Assembly (NCBI GenBank): GCA_029211085.1
Contig: JARGFW010000001.1
Coordinates: 35,485 to 99,484, forward strand
Direction of reading: 5' to 3'
DNA length: 64,000 bases
Origin: Deferrisomatales bacterium
Lineage (GTDB): Bacteria > Desulfobacterota > Deferrisomatia > Deferrisomatales > JARGFW01
Every line of letters begins with the position of its first letter. Positions within the stretch are counted from its first letter, which is position 1. Shown here piece by piece: positions 19,425 to 30,188 of this stretch. A program made the position numbers and the translations under genes. Under the pieces are notes generated by a model. That model saw only the letters and a program-made list of their open reading frames with translations, was not told the DNA's origin and made no database searches.

Positions 19425-19856
19425 ATGACCCTGGTGGAGTTCTTCGAGGTCCGCGGGCCGCGCTGGCAGTCGGTGCTGTGCGCCCAGGTGGAACAGGCGG
19501 TCGCGGCTGGCGAGCGGGTCTATCTGTTGGCCGACGGTGAGGCCGGGGCGCGCCACTTCGACGAACTGCTGTGGACCTTCCGAGACGACAGCTTCGTGCC
19601 CCACGCCCTCTGGCAGGGGGAGACCGCGGTGCCCGAGCCGGTGGCGGTGGGCTGGCAGGAGGGCAACCCCAACGACGCCCACGTTCTGGTGCTCGCTCGA
19701 CCGACGGTGCCCGAGCGGATCGACGGCTTCGCCCGGGTGATCGACCTGGCGCCGGTGGACCTGCCGGAGCTGCGCGAAGACGCCCGGGCCCGGTTCCGGG
19801 AGTTCCAGAGCCGCGGCCTGCGGCCCACGTTCCATCGGGCGCCCCCTTCCCCCTGA
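19425..19856 (+). CDS. holC: DNA polymerase III chi subunit
   Basis: DELLWTFRDDSFVPH and ARARFREF motifs. Confidence 0.85.
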   Translation: MTLVEFFEVRGPRWQSVLCAQVEQAVAAGERVYLLADGEAGARHFDELLWTFRDDSFVPHALWQGETAVPEPVAVGWQEGNPNDAHVLVLARPTVPERIDGFARVIDLAPVDLPELREDARARFREFQSRGLRPTFHRAPPSP

Positions 19857-19920
19857 CTGCCCCCGGCGCTGCCGAGGCTCTTTTTCCGATCCCTTGCCCA
19901 GGACATGCCCCCCACGAGCC

Positions 19921-20252
19921 CCGGGCCAGCCGTTCGGCGAAGGAGAACGGTTTGGCCAGGTAGTCGTCTCCCCCCCGGCGCAATCCCTCCACCCGTTCAT
20001 CCACCGAGGCAACGCGCTAAGAATGAGTACCGGGGTCCGCACGCCCTGGGCGCGCCTCTGCTCGATGAGCGACAAGCCGTCCCGGCCCGGCAGCAGGATA
20101 TCGACCGCTGCCGCTTCGTAGACTGGGTGGAGGGCCATTTCGAGCCCGGTTGCACCGTCGGCGGCCCGATCGACCACGGAGCCAGCCTGTTCGAGCCCGC
20201 GGGACACGAACGCAAGAAGCTGGGGGTCGTCCTCGACAACGAGGATCTTCGT
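19921..20252 (-). pseudogene. Degenerate OmpR-family response regulator receiver domain
   Basis: (ACG)KILVVEDD...DILLPGRDG...PVLILSAL, frameshift near 20009, then SVDERVEGLRRGGDDYLAKPFSFAE; no DNA-binding domain. Confidence 0.8.
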
Positions 20253-20540
20253 CCACGATCCCCCGATGAGAGGTTCTACTCCGTGGCCAAAGATACCGCG
20301 CCGGTTCGGCGGTCTCTCCTTTTCCCTCCGGGAAGGGGGCACGGGTCTTCCCTCACCTGCCGGTGTGGAACCGGCTACAGCGCCGCGCGCGACGAGGAAC
20401 CCGGGCTCCGGACTCGGCAAGGCCCCTCTCCCCGCGCAACTTCTAATTCCCGATTAATCCCCGCTTCATCTTCCGGTGCCATGGTGGGGCGCTGCCGGTT
20501 CCGCGACCGTTGGGAGCCAACCTGCCGGCCGGAGGAGACC

Positions 20541-21476
20541 ATGATCCAAGCGCAGAACCTGACCAAGCGGTTCGGGGAGATCCGGGCCCTGGACGGGGTG
20601 TCGTTCCACGTGGAGAAGGGAGAGATCGTCGGCCTGCTGGGGCCCAACGGCGCCGGCAAGAGCACGGCGATGAAGATCCTCACCTGCTTCATGTCGCCCT
20701 CGGCGGGCACCGCCACGGTGGCCGGCCACGAAATCTTCGACGCACCCCTGGCGGTGAAGCGCCAGGTGGGCTACCTGCCCGAGAACCCGCCCCTGTACCC
20801 CGAGCTGACGGTGGACGAGTACCTGGAATATGCCGGCCGCCTCAAGGGCTTGGGGGGAATGGCACTGCGCACTGCCAAGGGCGCGGTGCAGGAGCGCTGC
20901 GGACTGGCCGCGATGGGGAGGCGGCGCATCGGCAACCTGTCCAAGGGCTACCGGCAGCGGGTGGGTCTGGCCCAGGCACTGATCCACAACCCGCCGGTGC
21001 TGATCCTCGACGAGCCCACCGTAGGTCTGGACCCGGCGCAGATCTTGGAGATCCGCACCCTGATCCAGGAACTGGCCGCCGACCACACCGTGGTGCTCTC
21101 CACCCACATCCTCCCCGAGGTCACCGCCACCTGTCAGCGCATCGTGATCATCAACGACGGCCGCATCGTGGCCGTCGATACCTACCAGAACCTCTCCGAG
21201 CAGATGGACAGCAGCCGACAGGTGAGGCTGCGGGTGGCCCGGCCGGATCCGCAACTGGCGGCCCGGCTGCTGGCCCTGGACGGAGTGCTGGCGGTGTACA
21301 CCGAAGCCGACGGCGGCTACCGGGTGGAGTCGGGCCGCGAGCGCGACCTGCGGGAGGAGGTGGCCCGGGTGGCTGTGGAGAGCGGCGCCGGCTTGCTGGA
21401 GCTCGCCGGAGTAGCGGTGAGCCTGGAGGAGGTGTTTCTGCGGCTCACCACCGTGGAGAGGGAGGCCGCCGCATGA
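20541..21476 (+). CDS. ABC transporter ATP-binding protein (GldA-like)
   Basis: GPNGAGKS, LSKGYRQR, ILDEPT; GGAGG-ATG at 20541. Confidence 0.95.
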   Translation: MIQAQNLTKRFGEIRALDGVSFHVEKGEIVGLLGPNGAGKSTAMKILTCFMSPSAGTATVAGHEIFDAPLAVKRQVGYLPENPPLYPELTVDEYLEYAGRLKGLGGMALRTAKGAVQERCGLAAMGRRRIGNLSKGYRQRVGLAQALIHNPPVLILDEPTVGLDPAQILEIRTLIQELAADHTVVLSTHILPEVTATCQRIVIINDGRIVAVDTYQNLSEQMDSSRQVRLRVARPDPQLAARLLALDGVLAVYTEADGGYRVESGRERDLREEVARVAVESGAGLLELAGVAVSLEEVFLRLTTVEREAAA

Positions 21477-22237
21477 CGGTCACACTCACCATCGCGGCCA
21501 AGGAACTGCGCTCGTACCTGCTTTCGCCGGTGGCGTGGGTGGTGGCCACGGTGTTCCTGGGGGTCACCGGGCTGCTGTTCTACAACCTGGTGAACTGGTA
21601 CAGCCTGCAGAGCTTCCAGATGATGCAGCTCCCGGGTGCCGGGAGCGAGCTCAACGTGAACCGGCTGGTGTTCGAGCCGGTCTTCCACAACGTGGCGGTG
21701 ACCCTGCTGCTGCTGGTGCCGATCGTCACGATGCGCCTGCTGGCCGAGGAGCGGAGGAGCGGAACCCTGCAGCTGCTGTTCACTTCGCCGGTGCGGTTGG
21801 GGGAAGTGGTGCTGGGCAAGTACCTGGCGGTGGTGCTGCTGCTTGCGGGCATCCTGCTGCTGACCCTGTACATGCCGCTGTTGGTATGGAGTTACGGCAC
21901 CCTGGAGTGGGGCCCGATCGGGTCGGCGTATCTGGGTCTGGTGTTGTTGATGGCGGCGTTTGCCGCGTGCGGGCTGTTCGCCTCCAGCGTCACCGAGAGC
22001 CAGATCGTCGCCGCGGTGCTCACTTTCGGCCTGCTGCTGGGGTTCTGGATGCTGGGCTGGGCCGGCCAGGGGGGGGGAGGCGTCGGTGCGGTGCTGGAGC
22101 AGTTGTCGGTGATCTCCCATCTCGACGGCTTCCTGCGCGGGGTGGTGGAGACCCGCGACGTGGTCTACTACCTGTCGGTGTGCGCCTTCGGGCTGTTCCT
22201 GACCCATCGCGTGCTCGAATCGAGCCGCTGGAAGTGA
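21473..22237 (+). CDS. ABC-2 type permease (GldF-like)
   Basis: KELRSYLLSP, TMRLLAEERRSGT, LGKYLA; ATGA overlap. Confidence 0.9.
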   Translation: MTVTLTIAAKELRSYLLSPVAWVVATVFLGVTGLLFYNLVNWYSLQSFQMMQLPGAGSELNVNRLVFEPVFHNVAVTLLLLVPIVTMRLLAEERRSGTLQLLFTSPVRLGEVVLGKYLAVVLLLAGILLLTLYMPLLVWSYGTLEWGPIGSAYLGLVLLMAAFAACGLFASSVTESQIVAAVLTFGLLLGFWMLGWAGQGGGGVGAVLEQLSVISHLDGFLRGVVETRDVVYYLSVCAFGLFLTHRVLESSRWK

Positions 22238-22242
22238 CCCGC

Positions 22243-23790
22243 ATGTCGGCCAACCCCCCTGCCTCGCGGACCATGGCCCCGCGCAACAAACTGGCCGGAC
22301 TGCTCGGTGTCCTGCTGGTGCTGGCGGCGCTGTTCGCCACTGCCTACTATCCGGCACAAGGGGCGTTGGCCTGGATCCTGGGTGGGCTGGGAGCGGCGGC
22401 GATCGGCCACTTCCTCTATCGGGAGCGACCCAATCTGCGGCGCGGCGCCGGCAGTCGCGGCGCGAGGCACGGCGCCAACGCGGCGGTGATCACCGCCGCG
22501 TGTTTGGGCACTCTGGCGCTGCTCAACGTCCTGGCGGTGCGCCACAACGGCACCTGGGACCTCACTGGGGACCGGCGCTTCACCCTCTCCGAACAGACCC
22601 GCAAGGTGCTGCGGGAGTTGGAGCAGGAGGTGAAGGTCACGGCGTTCTTTGCCGAGGGCACCGAAGAACAGGCGCAGATCAAGAGCCGCCTGGAGCAGTA
22701 TCGGGAGCAAAACGCCCGGTTCCGCCTGACCCTGGTGGATCCGGACCGCAATCCGGCCCTGGCGCGCCGGTATGGAATCCGCACCTACGGAACCACGGTG
22801 TTCGAGAGCGCGGAGCAGAGTTTCCGCACCCACGAGCTCTCCGAAGAGGCCCTCACCAACGCCCTGATACGGGTGACCCGGGAGGGCAAAAAGACCGTGC
22901 GCTTCCTCTCCGGTCACGGCGAGCACGGCCTGGAGGACACCCAACGCGGCGGCTACTCCGCGGCGCAGCAGGCCTTGACCGACCAAGGCTTCGCGGTTGG
23001 GGAGTCGTTGCTGCTGCGCGACGGCGCCGTTCCGGAGGGGTGTGCCGTGCTGGTGGTGGGCGGCCCCACCAAGCCCCTGCTGGAACCGGAACTGGCCGCG
23101 CTGCGCAGCTACCTGAACCAGGGCGGGCAACTGGTGCTGCTGCTCGACCCGGGGACGGAGACCGGGCTGGAAGCGCTCGCCGCAGAATGGGGGGCCGTGT
23201 TGCGACCCGATGTGATCGTCGACCCCATGAGCCGGCTGTTTGGAGGCAGCTACACCACGCCGATCCTCACCGACTACCCGGCCCACGCACTGACCCGGGG
23301 CTTCGAGCTGGCCACCTTCCTGCCCCTGGCCCGGAGCATCGAACTGGCCGCGGTGGCACCAGACGGCATAGCCACCCACCCCCTGGCCCGCACCACCCCC
23401 CAGTCCTGGGGAGAGACCGATCTGAACAACGCCGAGGCATCCTTCGACCCCACGGTCGACTTCAAGGGGCCACTCACCGCAGCGGCGCTGTTGGAACGCA
23501 CGGCCGGTGAGGGCGGTACGGGGGCGCGCATCCTGTTGGTGGGGGACTCGGACTTCGCCGACAACGGGAACTTCCGTCTTTCGGGCAACGGCGACCTGCT
23601 CCTGAACGCCGTGAGCTACTTGGCCCGGGAAGAGGATCTGGTCGCTATCCGGCCCCGGGACACCAAACCCTCGCCCTTGGTGCTGACCCGCGCCCAGGGC
23701 GCCACCCTCCTCTACAGCAGCGTGGTGCTCGCACCCCTGGTGCTGATCCTTAGCGGCCTCATGATCTGGTGGAAGCGGCGGAACCTGTAA
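22243..23790 (+). CDS. GldG-like ABC transporter auxiliary protein
   Basis: DLTGDRRFTLSEQT, FLSGHGE, VGDSDF, NGDLLLNAVSYL; TM at both ends. Confidence 0.85.
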   Translation: MSANPPASRTMAPRNKLAGLLGVLLVLAALFATAYYPAQGALAWILGGLGAAAIGHFLYRERPNLRRGAGSRGARHGANAAVITAACLGTLALLNVLAVRHNGTWDLTGDRRFTLSEQTRKVLRELEQEVKVTAFFAEGTEEQAQIKSRLEQYREQNARFRLTLVDPDRNPALARRYGIRTYGTTVFESAEQSFRTHELSEEALTNALIRVTREGKKTVRFLSGHGEHGLEDTQRGGYSAAQQALTDQGFAVGESLLLRDGAVPEGCAVLVVGGPTKPLLEPELAALRSYLNQGGQLVLLLDPGTETGLEALAAEWGAVLRPDVIVDPMSRLFGGSYTTPILTDYPAHALTRGFELATFLPLARSIELAAVAPDGIATHPLARTTPQSWGETDLNNAEASFDPTVDFKGPLTAAALLERTAGEGGTGARILLVGDSDFADNGNFRLSGNGDLLLNAVSYLAREEDLVAIRPRDTKPSPLVLTRAQGATLLYSSVVLAPLVLILSGLMIWWKRRNL

Positions 23791-23791
23791 A

Positions 23792-23851
23792 GCTGGAAGG
23801 CTAGGAAGCCGGGAAGCCGAAACCTTGAACATCGAACGTGGAACCTCGAAC
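23792..23851. repeat. Degenerate 8-mer then 7-mer tandem repeats in intergenic spacer
   Basis: GCTGGAAG|GCTAGGAA|GCCGGGAA then CCGAAAC|CTTGAAC|ATCGAAC|GTGGAAC|CTCGAAC. Confidence 0.7.
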
Positions 23852-23859
23852 CCCGTCCC

Positions 23860-24789
23860 ATGAAATTCAAAGCCACCTGCGGTTTTCTCGCCGTGTTCGC
23901 CACCCTGGCCGCGTACCTATTCCTGGTGGACGAGCCCAGACAACAGGCCCGGCAGCACCAGCTGGAACGCCGGGGTCTGGTCCTGCCCGAACTGGAACCC
24001 GGGGCCGTGACCGCGGTCACGCTGCACAGCGCCAAGGGCACCGTGCGGGTGGAGCGTGGGGAAGGGGATGTCTGGAACGTGACCGCGCCGGTGCCGGACC
24101 GGGGCAACACCAACCGGGTGCGCTCCCTGCTGGCCGACATCGGCACCCTCAGGGCCGAGCGCGCGGTGGCGGGGGCCGATGCCAACCTGGAGCCGTACGG
24201 ACTGGTCGATCCGGAGCTGCTGGTGGCCCTGGAGGGACCCGCCCTATCCCTGGCGGTGGGCGGCGTGACCCCTGCGGGCGATGCCCGCTACCTGCGCGCC
24301 GGGAACGGTCCGGTGCTGGTGGTGAAGAGCCAGCAGGTGACCTCCCTGTTGCTCGATCCCGACGCCCTGCGGCGCCGCAAACCATTGCTGGTGGGTGCCT
24401 GGCCAGTGCGCGGAGTGGAGGTGATTCGGGGCCAGGAATCCCGGTCGTACGACCAGATCGGCGGCGTCTGGAGGCGTGGAGGAGAAGCGCTGGAGACCGC
24501 GGAGGGGGCTGCCCTGCAAGCCCTGGTGACAGTCCTGGAGACCACCGCCGCCGACCAGGTCATCGACGCGCCGGACGCTGCCGCCTACGGTCTGGAGCCC
24601 ATGGCCATCAAGCTGGCCGTTGCGCTGGACGGGGGTTCCCGCCAGGAGATCGCGCTCGGCCAGTTGGGGTCGCAGCGCTACGCCCGGGCGGGGGACGGTA
24701 CCGGCCCGGTGTACGCCTTGCCGATAGCGTTCGGGGAGACGTTGGAGGCGCTGCTGTCAGCACCGGAAACCACCGCACCGGGCCGCTGA
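23860..24789 (+). CDS. DUF4340-like membrane-anchored protein
   Basis: N-terminal TM; duplicated YGL-containing module; follows GldG-like gene. Confidence 0.7.
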   Translation: MKFKATCGFLAVFATLAAYLFLVDEPRQQARQHQLERRGLVLPELEPGAVTAVTLHSAKGTVRVERGEGDVWNVTAPVPDRGNTNRVRSLLADIGTLRAERAVAGADANLEPYGLVDPELLVALEGPALSLAVGGVTPAGDARYLRAGNGPVLVVKSQQVTSLLLDPDALRRRKPLLVGAWPVRGVEVIRGQESRSYDQIGGVWRRGGEALETAEGAALQALVTVLETTAADQVIDAPDAAAYGLEPMAIKLAVALDGGSRQEIALGQLGSQRYARAGDGTGPVYALPIAFGETLEALLSAPETTAPGR

Positions 24790-24951
24790 CCCACGAGCCC
24801 TTGTCTCGCCCCGGCGAAGGGCACCATCGCGGGCGGGTCTACCAGGAACAGCGTGAAGGCCAGGACGGAAATCCCTCTGGCCACCGTGTGCGGGGGGTGA
24901 CCGCCCGGCCCCACCTGTGCGCTTCGGTCCCGGTCGTGTATAACACGGGTC

Positions 24952-25770
24952 ATGATCGGGGAAAGAGAACCACACGGAGCGCAGCCGGCCGCCCCCGGCC
25001 GGGTATTCCTGGGGCTGGACCTGGGAACCTGCTGGTGCCGGGGCGCAGCCGTCGATCGAGCCGGCGGTCTTTTGTGGCACGGGCAACACCCCACCGGGAC
25101 CGACTACCGGGCCGCCGGCCGCACCCTGGCTGACCAGTTGGCAGTACAGCCGCGGGGGCCGGTGGCCAACCCCGCCGTGGTGACCGGCGAGGGTCGGCAC
25201 CACGCCGGGCCGGAGCTGCAGCGCCGCACCGAGATCTCGTGTCTCGCCCGCGCCGCCCACCATTGGTTCCCCCAGGACCTGGATGTGTTGGCCGTGGGGG
25301 GCCGCGGCTGCGTCGCGGTGCGGGTGACGGCCGCAGGGCGGGTGCAGCACTTCCTGCAGCAGCGCCGCTGCGCCGCCGCCACCGGCTTCTTCCTGGAGGA
25401 GCTGGCCCGGCGCCTGGCGCTGGCACCCCGGGAGCTGGGCGACCTGGCCGCGTCGGGCGCCCCGACCGCGCGGCTGGAGGCGGAGTGCGGCCTGTTCGCG
25501 GTCGCCGAGGCGACGGAGCGCGTACGGGGGGGGGAGCCCCTGGCCGACTTGTGCCGGGCGGCGCTGGTCGCCGTGACCGAACGCCTGTTGGAACAGGGCC
25601 CCCTGGGGAAGTTCGTGGTGCTGGCCGGGGGGGTCCCCGAGCACTTCCCCCTCCTCGGTCCCCTGCTGGCGGACGCCACCGGGGCCCGGGTAGTGATTCC
25701 ACCCCATGCCGGCAGCGTTGGCGCCCTCGGCGCGGCGCTGATCGCCCGCGACGCCGTGGGATCCCCGTAG
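24952..25770 (+). CDS. Divergent BadF/BadG/BcrA/BcrD (acyl-CoA dehydratase activase-like) ASKHA protein
   Basis: GLDLGT, VTGEGR, TEISCLARA, RCAAATGFFLEE, ECGLFAVAE, LAGGV, GALGAAL. Confidence 0.75.
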   Translation: MIGEREPHGAQPAAPGRVFLGLDLGTCWCRGAAVDRAGGLLWHGQHPTGTDYRAAGRTLADQLAVQPRGPVANPAVVTGEGRHHAGPELQRRTEISCLARAAHHWFPQDLDVLAVGGRGCVAVRVTAAGRVQHFLQQRRCAAATGFFLEELARRLALAPRELGDLAASGAPTARLEAECGLFAVAEATERVRGGEPLADLCRAALVAVTERLLEQGPLGKFVVLAGGVPEHFPLLGPLLADATGARVVIPPHAGSVGALGAALIARDAVGSP

Positions 25771-25821
25771 CAACCCATCCACCGCCAGCGGCGTAGGGTT
25801 GCCGCGCCGTGGGTCTCCCCG

Positions 25822-25849
25822 TTGACACCCGCCTGGCCTCCGGTATGCT
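25822..25849 (+). promoter_or_regulatory. Sigma-70 promoter of citrate synthase
   Basis: TTGACA-16 bp-TATGCT. Confidence 0.55.
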
Positions 25850-25908
25850 GTCAGCCACCCACAAAAACAAGAGCATTTCGGTTCGCTTTACGGAACGAGG
25901 AGGAACCC

Positions 25909-27099
25909 ATGGCCGGTGAGGTGTGTTTTCCCAGGGTGAAGAACGTGGGGCTGCGGGGCATCCCAGTGGCCGACACCAAGGTCAGTTACATCGACGGCGC
26001 CAAAGGGGAGCTGCAGTACCGCGGTTTCAAGATCCAGGATCTTGCGCAGTACTCCACCTTCACCGAGGTGATCCACCTGCTGCTCTACGGTGAGCTGCCC
26101 GGCAAGACTCAGCTGGAGCCCCTCTCCCGGCGGCTGGCCGCCGCTCGGGCGGTGCCGGAGGCGGTGATCGCGTCCCTGCGCCACCATCCCAAACACGCCT
26201 CTCCCATGGACGTTCTGCAGGGAGCGGTGCCGTTCCTGGCCGGCCACGACGCCGACCTCGTGCTCACCGACAAGGCCGCCGTGCAGCGCCAATCCGAGCG
26301 CCTCATCGCCCGGCTGCCCACCGTGGTGGCGGCCTGGGAGCGCATCCGCACCGGCCAGCCGGTGCTGGCGCCCAAGGCGGAGCTGGGGCATGCGGCGAAC
26401 TTCCTGTACATGCTCACCGGGAAGGAACCGTCGGAGAAGGCCGCCCACATCTTCGACGTGTGCCTGGTGCTGCACGCCGATCACACCTTCAACGCCTCCA
26501 CCTTCGCCGCCCGGGAGGTGGCCAGCACCCGCGCGCACCTGTATGCCTCGGTGGCGGCAGGGGTCGGGGCCCTCTCCGGCGAGCTCCACGGCGGGGCCAA
26601 CACCCAGGTGATGGCGATGCTGCAGCAGATCGACGGAGTGGACGACGCGGCGCGCTTCGTGCGCGCCCGTCTGGACGCTGGGGAGCGGGTGATGGGCATG
26701 GGCCATGCGGTATACACGACCCTGGACCCCCGGGCCGCGATCCTCAAGGAACTGGCCCTGGGCCTGGATACCGCCGACAGCACCTGGGTGGAGATCGCAG
26801 AGCGGGTGCGGGAGACCACCCAGGAGGAGTTCCGCAAGCGCAAGGGCAAGGACATCTACCCCAACGTCGACTTCTACTCCGCCGCCGTGTACTACCAGCT
26901 CGGCATCGCCCCCGATCAGTTCACCCCGGTGTTCGCCCTCGGCCGCATCGCCGGCTGGTGCGCCCACGTGGTGGAGGAGAAGTTTGCCGAGGCCCAGGAG
27001 AAGCCGGAGCTGTACCGGCCCCAGGCCGAGTACATCGGCGACTACTGTGGCCCCCAGGGCTGCGCCTTCGTGCCCCTGGGAGAGCGCGGGGGGGCGTGA
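25909..27099 (+). CDS. gltA: Citrate synthase (type I / 2-methylcitrate synthase family)
   Basis: HADHTFNAST, LHGGAN, GMGHAVY, YPNVDFYS; upstream of icd. Confidence 0.9.
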   Translation: MAGEVCFPRVKNVGLRGIPVADTKVSYIDGAKGELQYRGFKIQDLAQYSTFTEVIHLLLYGELPGKTQLEPLSRRLAAARAVPEAVIASLRHHPKHASPMDVLQGAVPFLAGHDADLVLTDKAAVQRQSERLIARLPTVVAAWERIRTGQPVLAPKAELGHAANFLYMLTGKEPSEKAAHIFDVCLVLHADHTFNASTFAAREVASTRAHLYASVAAGVGALSGELHGGANTQVMAMLQQIDGVDDAARFVRARLDAGERVMGMGHAVYTTLDPRAAILKELALGLDTADSTWVEIAERVRETTQEEFRKRKGKDIYPNVDFYSAAVYYQLGIAPDQFTPVFALGRIAGWCAHVVEEKFAEAQEKPELYRPQAEYIGDYCGPQGCAFVPLGERGGA

Positions 27100-27330
27100 A
27101 GCCGGCAACCGGCCCACAGAGACAAAGGACGCAAGCGCTTGGGGGCGGGAGGGAAAGACGCACCCTGGGTTCGTTGCGCCCTTGGGATTCTAGCCACTCG
27201 CGAATATCGGTCCTGTCCATGGGAAGCGCTGCTGCTCCTCCGCGGCTGGGGCGCCGCGGGCTGGCTGATACGAGAACAGTGCACGGGATCTTCTTTCGGG
27301 AAGACGGACTGTATAGCCGCGTGGAGAGAC

Positions 27331-27360
27331 AGCCCCTGAGCCGCAGGGGCTCAGGGGTTT
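27331..27360 (+). terminator. Hairpin followed by short T-run between gltA and icd
   Basis: AGCCCCTGAGCC-gcagg-GGCTCAGGGGTTT. Confidence 0.5.
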
Positions 27361-27387
27361 CATCCTGTCCATCCCGTTCATGCTGTC
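27361..27387. repeat. Degenerate 9-mer tandem repeat
   Basis: CATCCTGTC|CATCCCGTT|CATGCTGTC. Confidence 0.55.
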
Positions 27388-27439
27388 AAAGGGAGGGTTC
27401 TAGGCTTTCGCCACGGTCCCTCCGCAGGAGGACACCGTG

Positions 27440-28639
<1,200 letters not shown>

Positions 28640-28852
28640 CGTGGCCCGCCGCATTCCTTCAGCCCCCGCGGGGGGACCCTTCGGGCGCCGCCCCTCCGCC
28701 TACAGGTTCCCCGCCCTGGCTTGACTTTCCGGTAGACCATAGATATCGTCTCGCCCTGATTTGGCTCGGCCCGGTGTTCGCCTGCCGGGCAACCCCGGGT
28801 ACGGAGGGATGGACCCCTGAAGCCACACTCCCAACACGGTCCGCTCCGCTGG

Positions 28853-30145
28853 GTGCTGGCTGCGTTGCTCCTCGCCGGGTGCTCCTCTCCCGCCCTGGCG
28901 AAGGTATACATCGACATCAACGCCCCCACCCTGCGGCAGATCCCCCTGGCCGCTCCTGTCCTGCGCAGGGTGAGCGGAGGGGTGGACCAGGCCCACTTCG
29001 AGATCGCGGACACCATCCGCTCCGATCTGGGACTGACCGACCTGTTCGAGGTGCTCGACCCCCGAAGCTACCTGGAGGATCCGCAACTGGCGCCGGTGCA
29101 GCCCAGCGCCAACGGTTTCGCCGACTGGTTTGCGGTGGGTGCCGAAATATTGGTGAAGGGGCAGGTGCAGCGGCAGGGCGACCGCCTGGAAGTGGATCTG
29201 TGGGTGCACGATGTGCTGCGTCGCGAGAGCCTGTTCGGCCGCCACTACGAGGCCGAACCCTCCGCCGCCCGGGCGATCGCGCACATGTTCGCCAACACCG
29301 TGTTGGAGGAGTTCACCGGCAAGCCCGGCCCGTTCGGCACCCGCATCGCCTACGTGGTACGCGAAGGGGACGCCAAGGAACTGGCCCTGGTGAACATGGA
29401 CGGCACCGGGGTCGTACGGTTGACCCGGGGCGGTTCCCTGAACCTGTCTCCGGCGTGGTCCAGGGACGCCCGTTACCTGTACTACACGTCCTACATGCTG
29501 GGCGACCCGGATCTCTACCTGCTGGATCTGACCACCTGGAAGCACTGGGTGGTGTCGCGCCGTCCGGGAATCGACTTGAGCGGCAAGGACTCCCCGGACG
29601 GCAAGGATCTGTTGCTGTCGCTGACGGTGGACGGGGATGCCGAGATTTACCGGATGGACAAGGCGAGCCGAGGGCTGACCCGGTTGACCCGCAACCGCGC
29701 CATCGATGTTGCGCCGAGCTGGTCGCCCGACGGCGAATCCATTGCGTTCGTCTCTGATCGGCTCGGTAATCCGCACATCTTTGTGATGGACCGGGACGGC
29801 AAAGATGTGCGACGGTTGACCCGCTCGGGCCACCACAACGGCGACCCAGACTGGTCGCCCCGCGGCGACCTGATCGCGTTCAGCGGCCAGGACGAGCGGG
29901 GCACCTTCCAGGTGTATGTGGTGGACGCCAAGGGCAAGCAGGTGCGTCAGCTCACCTTCGGTTCCCGGGACAGTCTGGATCCGTCCTGGTCGCCCGACGG
30001 CCGGTTCCTGGCCCTGAGTTCGAGACGCGGAGGTGACAGCGCGATCTACCTGTTGCGCCTCGGCGGCCAGGAACTGCACCGGGTGAGCCCGCCTGGCGAG
30101 GCCGCCTCCCAGCCGGCCTGGTCACCGACTTTCTTGAACCCCTGA
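28853..30145 (+). CDS. tolB: Tol-Pal beta-propeller protein TolB (true start may be CTG at 28817)
   Basis: PD40 repeats (PAWSRD, PSWSPDG, PDWSPRG); GPFGTRIAYV; upstream of pal. Confidence 0.92.
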   Translation: MLAALLLAGCSSPALAKVYIDINAPTLRQIPLAAPVLRRVSGGVDQAHFEIADTIRSDLGLTDLFEVLDPRSYLEDPQLAPVQPSANGFADWFAVGAEILVKGQVQRQGDRLEVDLWVHDVLRRESLFGRHYEAEPSAARAIAHMFANTVLEEFTGKPGPFGTRIAYVVREGDAKELALVNMDGTGVVRLTRGGSLNLSPAWSRDARYLYYTSYMLGDPDLYLLDLTTWKHWVVSRRPGIDLSGKDSPDGKDLLLSLTVDGDAEIYRMDKASRGLTRLTRNRAIDVAPSWSPDGESIAFVSDRLGNPHIFVMDRDGKDVRRLTRSGHHNGDPDWSPRGDLIAFSGQDERGTFQVYVVDAKGKQVRQLTFGSRDSLDPSWSPDGRFLALSSRRGGDSAIYLLRLGGQELHRVSPPGEAASQPAWSPTFLNP

Positions 30146-30188
30146 CGGGGCCCGTTGTCTTGCGTAGACCAAAAGGAGGTTCTCAGTC

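Noticed and set aside
27392-27423. preQ1-I-like GAGGGTTCTAG...CCCTCC
   Set aside because: Loop too long, no A-rich tail, and the downstream gene is icd
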